Below, one piece after another: positions 18,528-26,670 of a stretch of DNA of 64,000 bases (positions are counted from its first letter, which is position 1; each line of letters starts with the position of its first letter). The notes beneath the pieces are model-generated. The model did not search any database, was not told where the DNA came from, and was given only the letters and a program-made list of their open reading frames with translations. The stretch lies in IMG/VR virus record IMGVR_UViG_3300029288_000087. The stretch is one strand, 5' to 3'. The translations under genes were made by a program, and so were the position numbers. Origin of the DNA: an uncultured virus (IMG/VR IMGVR_UViG_3300029288_000087). Lineage: Duplodnaviria > Heunggongvirae > Uroviricota > Caudoviricetes.

Positions 18528-19346
18528 CTACGCCTTCGCCGGTTCTTCCGGAGACGCCTCCGCCACAAGCTCCTCGTCCTTCTCGAAAGGGTTCTTCCCC
18601 TCGAACATCCGCCTGAGCTGCTTGTGTCGGAGAAAGACAAGCTGCGAAAAATCCTTCGAGTCGTCTTCCAGCTCGATACGGAAGCACGGGCACGGGACAT
18701 CCTTGCGCGCCCTTGCGGCCACCGTCTCTCCCCAGTGTTCGCTCAGCTGCGAAGGCTCGATGGTTTCGATCCACTCCATCTTGTAGAGCTTCGTTCCGAT
18801 GACCACGCTCACCCACGCGCCTATCTGCTGCGGAAAATGGACATAACCGTGCAGCGGCACGATGCTCATGGGAGCTTGGTACGGTATCCCATCGTCGTCC
18901 TTCGGTTCCACGATCATGAGAGCGCGCCTAACGGCACCCTCTTCGTCGAGCGGCCCATCGAGAAGCAGCCGAATTTCATGATCGCAGAAGTTCACAAACA
19001 CGACGGCTTTGACGGTATCGGGTAGCCACTGGAGAAGCGCGTGTCGCTCATCAACCGGGTTGTCCCTGTGCGACTCCTTCGCCGGTTCTTCAGCAGCCGC
19101 TCCGTACCTTCGCTCCTCTGTCTCACAAGGGCACGGGAACACCACGGCGTCGAACGCCTCGCTTGCCTGAAGCCATGCCGACAGCCTGTGGCGGGTCCTT
19201 CTGTCGAGCTTGCCGATGGTGCGCATGATGTCGAACTCGTCCAGAATGATCGTGGCCCGACGCTCCTCCGCAGACCCTGGCATGTCCTCTGTGGGGATCG
19301 AAATGGTTTCTTCGGCAGGCCCATCGAAAATACCGTTGCCCATCAC
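18528..19346 (-). CDS. Hypothetical protein
   Basis: 272-aa ORF in operon; RBS AGGAG. Confidence 0.75.
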   Translation of the reverse strand: MMGNGIFDGPAEETISIPTEDMPGSAEERRATIILDEFDIMRTIGKLDRRTRHRLSAWLQASEAFDAVVFPCPCETEERRYGAAAEEPAKESHRDNPVDERHALLQWLPDTVKAVVFVNFCDHEIRLLLDGPLDEEGAVRRALMIVEPKDDDGIPYQAPMSIVPLHGYVHFPQQIGAWVSVVIGTKLYKMEWIETIEPSQLSEHWGETVAARARKDVPCPCFRIELEDDSKDFSQLVFLRHKQLRRMFEGKNPFEKDEELVAEASPEEPAKA

Positions 19347-21758
19347 CTACTCCTTAGCCGGCTCTTCCGGAGCCGCCTCCGCCTCGGGCTCCTTCTGCTG
19401 CTTGGCGATGAATTCCGCCTGCACCTTCATGAGCACGCGCCACACGTCGTCCAGGTAGCGCTTGCCCTTGCCGGTTGCCAGGACAGTCCCGCTGGTCGCC
19501 GGGTCACTGCGCAGGCTCGCGACAAACCTGTCCTTCTCGATGACCTGGGGAATCATCACGACGGTGCTCTCGCCGTTCTGCTCGATGAATGTCTTGACCA
19601 ACACCTCGGGCGGCACCCTGTGAGAGCACGCCTCCTTGATCGTATTCACGAGCCCAGCAACCTGCTCGCGGTTGATCCCTGGGATCCAGTCGAACGAGGA
19701 CCACGGCTCCTTCTTCGGCGCGACGTTCTGCTTGGCCGCGGGCTGCGACACGGGGGTGTCTGCCGCAACGGCCTGAGCCGCCGTCACAGGCCCCTGCGGA
19801 GCCTGTTCGATGACCACTGGCGGCGGGTACTGGGGCTGCTGCACGGGCTGCTGCGGGGCCTGCCGCATCGGCTGCTGCGTGATGGACGGCTGCGTCATCG
19901 GGTTGAACGGGACCGGAGGCATGCCGGGACTGCGCGACGACATGCGGTTGTGCTCGTCTGCGCTCACCTGCGGCCCCGGCAGGTTGTCGAACGAAGACTG
20001 CACGGCTGGCCCCTCGCTGTCGGCGAACTGCACCCGGTGCACACGCCTGGGCGGAGGCAGCATCTGACGAGCCTGCTGCACGGGAGGCACCTGCTGCACC
20101 TGCACCTGCTGCACAGGAGGACTACCCTTCTGGAGCAAGTCCTTGATCTGTGGGATCAGCGTGTCGGCCTGGGAGATGGCCATGAGGATGGCCTTCTGAT
20201 ACCAAGGCGCGTTCGCCGCAGCCGCCGCCATCGCGGCCTCTTCTGGAGTCGGCCCGCCTTCCTTCTCGTCTGTCGCGATCCCGAGCGCAACGGCGGTCTC
20301 CCGAAGCTCCTGCACCTTGTTCAGAAGCGGCTTGTTCTGCTCCGCGAGGTGGGCGTTGACGAGCTGCGCCTTGCTCTGGAGATCCGCCACCGTCGCGGCA
20401 AGCTGGTTCTGAAGCGCGCGCACCTCGAATCCGTGCGCCGCATCGAGCGTCGTCTTGGTGTTCGTCTCGACCGCCTCGCGCATACGCGTTTCGCGATCGT
20501 GACTGCGCTGGATGTCGTCGAGCCGCTGTTGCCCGATGCGCTGCGCTTCTTCCATCGACCGCTTGTGCTCTTCGCGAAGGTAGCGCTCACGCCGATCGAA
20601 GTCGTCCTTCAGCTCGCGCTCCCGGCGTTCGATGATCGTATCCTTGTCGCGCATGCGATCTTCAAGTGAAGCAACACGGGTCTGCATCTCGGACCGAACG
20701 CGCTCGACCTCGCGCTCCTTCTCTCTCTTCTCGATCTCGATCAGCCGCTCGAACTCCCGCTGCCTCATCTCCATCTCGCGTGCGTGCTGCTCCTGCACCG
20801 CGCGCATGTCATCGGAGTTCGCCCCGCCGCGCACCGACGAGTTGATCAGCGCAACGGCCTTGACCATCTCGACCATGTCGTTGGGCTTCTGGCCGATCTC
20901 GGCGATCTGCCTGCGCATCTCCATCATCTCGGCTTGCTTGGCTTCGAGCTGACGTTCCAGAAGCGCAACTTGCTGCTGCGCCATCTCCTTGGTCGAGTCG
21001 ATCGCGCGCTCCTGCTGACGACCCATCACGCTGAAGACCGTATCGGGCAAGCCCTGCTGAGCCTGCTGCGGCCTGTTTGCCATGCGCTCTGCGAAGCTCA
21101 GAAATGGCGCGTAGTCTTGCGGCTGCTGTTGCTGCGGCATCTGCATGCGCATGCCCGCGCCTCCGTAGGGGCTGCCACCACCCGGGAACGTGAACACCAT
21201 AGGTCCCTCACTACTCTCGCTGTCTGCGATCGGAAGGCTCTGCATGTTGGGATCGACAGGTACGGAGAACTCCGCAACGGCAACATCCACCAGCGCGGGA
21301 GGCCCGCCCATGTTCGAGCTGTCACCTTGCTCCATCACGCCGTAGACCCGGTACTTGTACCCGCCGTAGAGCCGCAAGAACTCCTGCGTGCCGATCATCA
21401 TGTTGTGCATGCCGACGATACCGGAAACGCGCTGGCGCTGCCCCGTGCCGGGATCGAGATGCCACTCGGGCTCGATGCGCTGTACGCGCAGCTTGCCGAC
21501 CTTCCGGAGATCCGGGTACGCGCTGTACATCGTCTCAAGAGATGGGAACTTCGGCACGTTCATGCCGCCGCGGCGACGGCTGATCTCGGCACGCCGCTCG
21601 ACATCCTCCATCGGCGCGCGCGACTCGGGAAGCGATCCCATGTCGATCCCGCCCATCGGATCGTACGAAGTAGCAGCAGGACCGCCTGATCGACGGCGCG
21701 CGGGGAACGGGAGTTCGGGCAGCGGCTGTTCTTCAGCCGTCGTGGGTTCGTCGGCCAT
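19347..21758 (-). CDS. Large (803 aa) coiled-coil, Gln/Pro-rich protein
   Basis: Long E/R-rich coiled coil; PQ-rich linkers; RBS GAGGT. Confidence 0.85.
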   Translation of the reverse strand: MADEPTTAEEQPLPELPFPARRRSGGPAATSYDPMGGIDMGSLPESRAPMEDVERRAEISRRRGGMNVPKFPSLETMYSAYPDLRKVGKLRVQRIEPEWHLDPGTGQRQRVSGIVGMHNMMIGTQEFLRLYGGYKYRVYGVMEQGDSSNMGGPPALVDVAVAEFSVPVDPNMQSLPIADSESSEGPMVFTFPGGGSPYGGAGMRMQMPQQQQPQDYAPFLSFAERMANRPQQAQQGLPDTVFSVMGRQQERAIDSTKEMAQQQVALLERQLEAKQAEMMEMRRQIAEIGQKPNDMVEMVKAVALINSSVRGGANSDDMRAVQEQHAREMEMRQREFERLIEIEKREKEREVERVRSEMQTRVASLEDRMRDKDTIIERRERELKDDFDRRERYLREEHKRSMEEAQRIGQQRLDDIQRSHDRETRMREAVETNTKTTLDAAHGFEVRALQNQLAATVADLQSKAQLVNAHLAEQNKPLLNKVQELRETAVALGIATDEKEGGPTPEEAAMAAAAANAPWYQKAILMAISQADTLIPQIKDLLQKGSPPVQQVQVQQVPPVQQARQMLPPPRRVHRVQFADSEGPAVQSSFDNLPGPQVSADEHNRMSSRSPGMPPVPFNPMTQPSITQQPMRQAPQQPVQQPQYPPPVVIEQAPQGPVTAAQAVAADTPVSQPAAKQNVAPKKEPWSSFDWIPGINREQVAGLVNTIKEACSHRVPPEVLVKTFIEQNGESTVVMIPQVIEKDRFVASLRSDPATSGTVLATGKGKRYLDDVWRVLMKVQAEFIAKQQKEPEAEAAPEEPAKE

Positions 21759-21772
21759 GAGCTACCTCACCT

Positions 21773-21883
21773 GTCGCAGACATCGGCCTGTACGCCGTTG
21801 GTTTTGATAGCTCATCGAGCTTGGCGAATCCGTCATCGAAGCCGTGTTGCAGATATCGGCCTGCGCGCCATTGGTTTCGATCG
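21773..21883 (-). CRISPR. CRISPR-like mini-array 1 (repeat, 35-nt spacer, repeat)
   Basis: Repeats 21773-21810 and 21846-21883 (73-bp period). Spacer 21811-21845 matches 21960-21994 inverted at 30/35. Confidence 0.7.
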
Positions 21884-21910
21884 CTACGGGATCGTCGGCC
21901 ATGATCCACC

Positions 21911-22363
21911 TCAGTTTGGTTCAGGCTCGTCGGGCTCTTCTTCGATGACGAGATCCTTGACACCCTCGATGACAGATTCACCAAGCTCGATGAGATCGGC
22001 GAGCTGCGCAGCGATCGGAAGCCCCTGCTTCTTGGACTCCGCATGCTGCGCCTTGAAAATCTCAACGGCCTTCTCGACGAAGGCGAGGATCTTGTCGGCG
22101 TCTTCCTGTTCGAGCTGGCTCGCGCCTTCGGCCTCTTCGAGATCCGCGATCGCGTCTTCGTGGCGCACAACGGCGGCGGCGCACACTCGCACGTCTTCGG
22201 CCAGCATCTTGAGGTTCGGCAGAAGATCATCCTGGATGAAGTCGTGCAGATCGCGAGACCCCTCGTCGGTCTTCACGTCGTTGTCGATCTTCTTCGCGAG
22301 CTTGTCGAGATTCTCCAGCACCATGTCGATCTTCAGCACATCGCCTTCGGTCTCGTCACTCAT
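21911..22363 (-). CDS. Acidic helical hypothetical protein; its 3' end holds the protospacer of array 1
   Basis: 150-aa ORF with RBS GAGGT. Confidence 0.8.
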   Translation of the reverse strand: MSDETEGDVLKIDMVLENLDKLAKKIDNDVKTDEGSRDLHDFIQDDLLPNLKMLAEDVRVCAAAVVRHEDAIADLEEAEGASQLEQEDADKILAFVEKAVEIFKAQHAESKKQGLPIAAQLADLIELGESVIEGVKDLVIEEEPDEPEPN

Positions 22364-23003
22364 CGGTCACCTCTTGGAACTCATCCTTGTCGAGAACCTT
22401 CTTGCCCGCTTCCACATCTTCCTTCGTCTTGAACATGCGGTAGCCCTTGATCTTGCGCGGAGCCTCGCGATCGCCAGAGCCCGCGCCCTCGACGATGACG
22501 CGCGCCTTGCCGATCTCGATCTTCTCCGCGTCGATCGCGTCCAGCACGTTCGTCGCCGCGGGATCAGGCGGATCGCGGAACTCGCAATCGAAGATGGCCG
22601 AGTCCTTCAGACACATCGCTGCGCCATTGATACCGCGAAGCGCTTCGACGGTGCAGAACCGCTCGATGAGCGCAAGGTCGGGAATGTCCGGGCTGATCAC
22701 GCGCTGCCTCTTGTAGAAGCGGCACTTACCGAGCCGGGTCAACCGGCCCTTCTTTGGATCTGGCTCTTGTTCCAGACACGAGAACGTTTGCGGGCACAGC
22801 GGAGGAGGAAGTGCCTGAGAGAAGGTCCACGGCGGATCCTTCTCGATCGGCATACCGTCCGGTCCGTCTCGGTACTCGGGCTGCGCAGGCCGGAATTGCT
22901 CGAAGATGCTGCCGCCGGGAGTCGGGCTTCCGGTTTCAGTCTCCTCTTCGTCGGCTTGTTCTGCTAGTGTCTCGTCCTGTTCGATCGTGGGGTCATCAGC
23001 CAT
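22356..23003 (-). CDS. Hypothetical Cys-containing protein
   Basis: MADDPT...; leaderless after the promoter at 23011-23039. Confidence 0.8.
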   Translation of the reverse strand: MADDPTIEQDETLAEQADEEETETGSPTPGGSIFEQFRPAQPEYRDGPDGMPIEKDPPWTFSQALPPPLCPQTFSCLEQEPDPKKGRLTRLGKCRFYKRQRVISPDIPDLALIERFCTVEALRGINGAAMCLKDSAIFDCEFRDPPDPAATNVLDAIDAEKIEIGKARVIVEGAGSGDREAPRKIKGYRMFKTKEDVEAGKKVLDKDEFQEVTDE

Positions 23004-23010
23004 GACGCAC

Positions 23011-23039
23011 GTTGTCGCAGGAAACGCACAGCGTGTCAA
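23011..23039 (-). promoter_or_regulatory. Sigma70-type promoter overlapped by the protospacer of array 2
   Basis: TTGACA-17-GACAAC-7-ATG. Confidence 0.6.
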
Positions 23040-23045
23040 CGACGA

Positions 23046-23372
23046 TTAGGGGGTGCCTGTTTTCCCGGAGGTTGCGGATATCGGCCCGCACGCCGTTGGT
23101 TGATCGCCATGATCCTCGTTGATACGTCGCACGATACCTGCGAGTTGCGGATATCGGCCCGCACGCCGTTGGTTCTTGAGGCGCAGTATCCTCTTCGGGC
23201 GATAGCCGCAGCACAGATCGCACACGAGGAACGAGGGTTCCTTCACGGTCGAGCCCTTCAGATAGGGACCAGCGTAGAGCGTGGGGACGACGCGCCCGCA
23301 CCACATGCACGGGCGATCGGGCACAACGTCGAAAGGTTCCCACTGCACGGGGATTTTGGGCCAGTGGCTCAT
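23046..23372 (-). CDS. Small Zn-finger-like protein whose 3' end runs through mini-array 2
   Basis: CMWC...CDLC; promoter TTGCCA-17-TACCAT at 23411-23383. Confidence 0.55.
   Translation of the reverse strand: MSHWPKIPVQWEPFDVVPDRPCMWCGRVVPTLYAGPYLKGSTVKEPSFLVCDLCCGYRPKRILRLKNQRRAGRYPQLAGIVRRINEDHGDQPTACGPISATSGKTGTP
23071..23181 (-). CRISPR. CRISPR-like mini-array 2 (repeat, 37-nt spacer, repeat)
   Basis: Identical 31-bp cores at 23071 and 23144 (73-bp period). Spacer 23107-23143 matches 23015-23051 inverted at 27/37. Confidence 0.7.
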
Positions 23373-23552
23373 GATGGGCCAGATGGTATCGCAGGGTCGT
23401 ATAGTTGGCAAGGGGATGTGATGACAAATAGAGGACGCGCGGCACCAAGTGAGGGGGGGAGGACTCGGTCTGCCGCGCGCCAGATTTCGGCCCAAGGTCG
23501 CGATGCGTCTTCGTGGGCCTGAACGGTAGGGTATGCGCAACGGCCCCGCCCG

Positions 23553-23759
23553 TCAACTGTCGTCCACTTCCCACGTCCGAACAATGGTGCTGCCGCAGGG
23601 GCAGTCCCGGTACTCCATCGCTTCGCCCCAGTCGAATACCGTGTAGCCGACCAAGTGGAGCTTCTGCCACTGGGCTTCGGTGTAGAGCTTGCCGCACGGG
23701 CACCGCTTGGGCATCGGGTCCAGGAGCTTGCCGAGGCGGATTGCGGGTGTCGTTGCCAT
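23553..23759 (-). CDS. Small CPCG...CPCG Zn-ribbon protein
   Basis: Two CPCG motifs. Confidence 0.65.
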   Translation of the reverse strand: MATTPAIRLGKLLDPMPKRCPCGKLYTEAQWQKLHLVGYTVFDWGEAMEYRDCPCGSTIVRTWEVDDS

Positions 23760-23765
23760 CTTCGA

Positions 23766-24338
23766 TCAGCCAAAGCGTCCGAGCGAGAACCCGGCTGTCC
23801 CCGCACGACGCCCCTCCGCGATGTCGGCAAGCGAGCAGAACCCCAGAAATCTCGTATCTACGCGGTGATCCGGGACTCGTTTGACAACCGCTCCGCGCTC
23901 CTGCGCGACCTCCGGGCTTGTCACGTCCACGTCGCCGTTCTGCGCGCCAATGCACGCTGCTCGCCCTTCGGGCGGGTACCACTTCTCGACCAGCATGATG
24001 TGGACGGCCTTCTGTGCGCTTCCGAAGAGGGCAACGTCCCCTGGGGTGGGCTCCACAACCTGCGGAAGAGCATGCCAGATCGCGTTCGAGTTCATCTCCA
24101 TCTCGAACCCGGCAGCGCGCGCGCAGTCGATGATGAGCCCCGAGCAGTCCAGGCCCCACGAGCTTACGCCCGCGTGCCCTCCGCCCCACTGGTAGAGCGT
24201 CCCAGCCTTCACATGCTCATCGGCGCGAGCAAGCATTGCCTTGCGCCACGGGGCCAGATTGGAGGCTCCCACGCGGCTCGCGTACACGATCGCTACGATG
24301 GCTGCGATGCCGAGAGCCCACGGAAGCGCGGGGTTCAT
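23766..24338 (-). CDS. NlpC/P60 peptidoglycan endopeptidase with N-terminal TM
   Basis: YQWGG...GLDCSGL...PGDVALFG...HIML. Confidence 0.88.
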   Translation of the reverse strand: MNPALPWALGIAAIVAIVYASRVGASNLAPWRKAMLARADEHVKAGTLYQWGGGHAGVSSWGLDCSGLIIDCARAAGFEMEMNSNAIWHALPQVVEPTPGDVALFGSAQKAVHIMLVEKWYPPEGRAACIGAQNGDVDVTSPEVAQERGAVVKRVPDHRVDTRFLGFCSLADIAEGRRAGTAGFSLGRFG

Positions 24339-24625
24339 CCTTGTCTTCCGCCTAGATACAAGTTCATGTCGCCGTGCTCACCGTGCAGCCGGTACGGCAT
24401 CTTGCCCTCCGCGATGAGCTTCATCCTCCAGATCGCCAACCACAGCAGCACGCCGACGAAGCCGACGACGACTACGCCCACAATGGCCTTGGTCGCCGTG
24501 GAGGTCTCCTTCGCGCAACGGGGCTGGCCGTTCAGGTAGTACAAGGACTGCCCGGGTGGGCAGCTGGCCTGGGCGACCGTAGGCGGGTCCGCGCTGAGAG
24601 AGTGGGGGCGGGTAACCTGGATCAT
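24335..24625 (-). CDS. Small membrane protein
   Basis: CPPG...C module plus TM; leaderless TAGGAT. Confidence 0.7.
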   Translation of the reverse strand: MIQVTRPHSLSADPPTVAQASCPPGQSLYYLNGQPRCAKETSTATKAIVGVVVVGFVGVLLWLAIWRMKLIAEGKMPYRLHGEHGDMNLYLGGRQG

Positions 24626-24648
24626 GCTGCCATCCTACCTCAACCGTC

Positions 24649-25086
24649 TCAAGCCACCAACTTGAGCCGCGCCCTGAACAGCCGGTTCTTGGTGGTCGAG
24701 TCGTTGGCCGCATCGGTCCCAAGCACGGCATCGACGATGGCGCTCCGATCCACAACGGGCATGGCGTCAACCTGCTTCAACACGCTAAGCAGTCTCGCCC
24801 GCGCCTCGATGAGGCTGTCGATGGTGCAGCTGGTCTCGAACTCGGGGACCACAACGGCGGCATGTCGGCAGCGGTCCCGCTTCACTTCGAGGCACTTCAT
24901 GATGACGATGTGGTGCAGCCACGTGCTGACCTTGCACCTGCCATCGAAGGGAGCCGTGAGCGCCTTGATGAACGCCCACTGCACAATGTCCTCCGCATCC
25001 TCGCGGCTGGCCATGATGCGCTGCGCGGCAGCGACGAGCCGCGCCCGGTGCGCCCTGCATTCCCGATCCAACGCCTGCCTGTCCAT
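24649..25086 (-). CDS. ECF-type RNA polymerase sigma factor
   Basis: EDAEDIVQWAFIKA...FDGRCKVSTWLHHI (region 2); TKNRLFRARLKL (region 4 end). Confidence 0.8.
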   Translation of the reverse strand: MDRQALDRECRAHRARLVAAAQRIMASREDAEDIVQWAFIKALTAPFDGRCKVSTWLHHIVIMKCLEVKRDRCRHAAVVVPEFETSCTIDSLIEARARLLSVLKQVDAMPVVDRSAIVDAVLGTDAANDSTTKNRLFRARLKLVA

Positions 25087-25631
25087 CGGACAACCGATGG
25101 TAAGCACGCGCCGCGCCGCTTGCAAGAGTCGCCGCGCGCATGGATACATGATCGAGCGTTCCGACGTTCCTACGATCCATATCCTCTCATACGAGGTCGC
25201 GTCAGCGTTGTGGTAAATGCAAGCTCAACCCAAGCGCCTTCCGATCTCGCAGGCGAGGATCATGCTTTAGCGTTCTGGGTGAAGCAGAGGCTTCGATCCA
25301 ACCATCCCGCTGAAGCGGCGTCCTCCCCTTCCGATGCCATCCTCTCGGAACGAGGATACACATATCACCAACTGATCCAGATCCCGATTCGAGGAAACAC
25401 CTCGGTCTCATCCAAACGTTCGTACCCTACGGGCACTCACTGGGAACACGAAGCGTTATGGCGAATCGGGAAATACGCCACGACGTAAGGTAGATCCCTA
25501 TTAGGCCAGAAAATGGATGGGGTCCACAAGTGAAAAGTGAACGTAGCGTGCCACGATTTCAAAATAGGTAGCATAATGTGAGCGCTATACACACAAAGCG
25601 CGCGACGGATTGGTTGATAGCTGGAAGCGTT

Positions 25632-26363
25632 CTAGTCGGGCTCGATCGCGATGGGATCGACGGGGCCTCGGCGCAAGGCTTCGGTCAATAGAACGGGCGC
25701 GAATTTATCGATCGCCACGTCCATCCCAATACCGATGCAGGCGTATCCAGGGAGCCATACGTCCGACTGGTTGAACCCGAACTTGATTTGCAACTGCTTG
25801 GACGTGAGCGACTTGCAGTGGCTGATGAAGTTCAGAACGTTCGTTCCTATCGACGGAGATATGACGAGTTCGACCATGTTTCTGGTCACCGCTCCGGAAT
25901 TGATGAGAACGCTGTCTGGTCTTTGTTGTCGGACGATGCTTCTGATGAGTTCCTTGTGCTCCATCTCGAAGACTGTAGGAGGCTTTGCTCGCCAGCAAAT
26001 CCACAACGGGTTGTAGTAGAACGACGCTCTTTCGGAGTTGACGAGGTTCGACATGTCCGATGGATCCGGGCATCGTCGATAGAAAATCGTCCAGTCGTAC
26101 GGCTCCTCTGGCGTAAATCCACTTCGTTTCAAAAGAGCAATGATCTCTGGCCCGGGAGCAAACCACTCTCCTCTGATTCTGTAGTGCGCAAAAACACGAT
26201 GGAATTTGTGCTCCGTTTCAACGCCACCGGCAATGACTCCGACGACATTCAACTCCCATGGACACCCGGTCTGTATCTCGTTCTGACGGCTTTTCGCCGT
26301 TCCTGTTGTCGTCCCGATTTTGATTGGTCCACCCCCGGGAATTTGCATGAAGTAAACGCTCAT
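25632..26363 (-). CDS. GIY-YIG (T5orf172/MUG113-like) nuclease-domain protein
   Basis: VYFMQ...IKIG...RQNEIQTGCP...EHKFH...RIRGEWF; lower GC than neighbours. Confidence 0.8.
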   Translation of the reverse strand: MSVYFMQIPGGGPIKIGTTTGTAKSRQNEIQTGCPWELNVVGVIAGGVETEHKFHRVFAHYRIRGEWFAPGPEIIALLKRSGFTPEEPYDWTIFYRRCPDPSDMSNLVNSERASFYYNPLWICWRAKPPTVFEMEHKELIRSIVRQQRPDSVLINSGAVTRNMVELVISPSIGTNVLNFISHCKSLTSKQLQIKFGFNQSDVWLPGYACIGIGMDVAIDKFAPVLLTEALRRGPVDPIAIEPD

Positions 26364-26513
26364 AATGGCATGGTAGCCACGCATTAGGAGCATCTCAAGC
26401 TATCTCTCTCTACTCTGAGTGACACGTAACGTAGTGCCACGCATCGCCACGCATTCAACCTGATGTGCGTGATGTCACGGACAGAAAATCATCGGTAAAC
26501 AGGCTCGAAATGA

Positions 26514-26542
26514 TTGACTGAACGGGCGTGGCTGCGTATCGT
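26514..26542 (+). promoter_or_regulatory. Promoter for the replication operon
   Basis: TTGACT-17-TATCGT. Confidence 0.5.
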
Positions 26543-26670
26543 AGACGGTCCAGGCACAACGAGCGGGAGATAGTTGCAATGGCTACTGCAAGGTCAACGT
26601 GTCTCGACAGAAAGCCGCAAAAACATCCATGGGACGAGGGAGGTGAGGCTCCTGCCCGTGGGTGGCGTCG

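Noticed and set aside
19347..21758. 803-aa coiled-coil protein as a tail tape measure
   Set aside because: No neighbouring tail genes, lies outside the structural operon, and its charged/Pro-rich composition does not fit.
21762..21902. 46-aa ORF across mini-array 1 as a functional protein
   Set aside because: Composed of repeat and spacer sequence; better explained as a by-product of the duplicated start, though it may couple translation.
25254..25264. 11-nt match (CGAGGATCATG) to the distal end of spacer 2
   Set aside because: Too short, PAM-distal and does not extend; plausible by chance.
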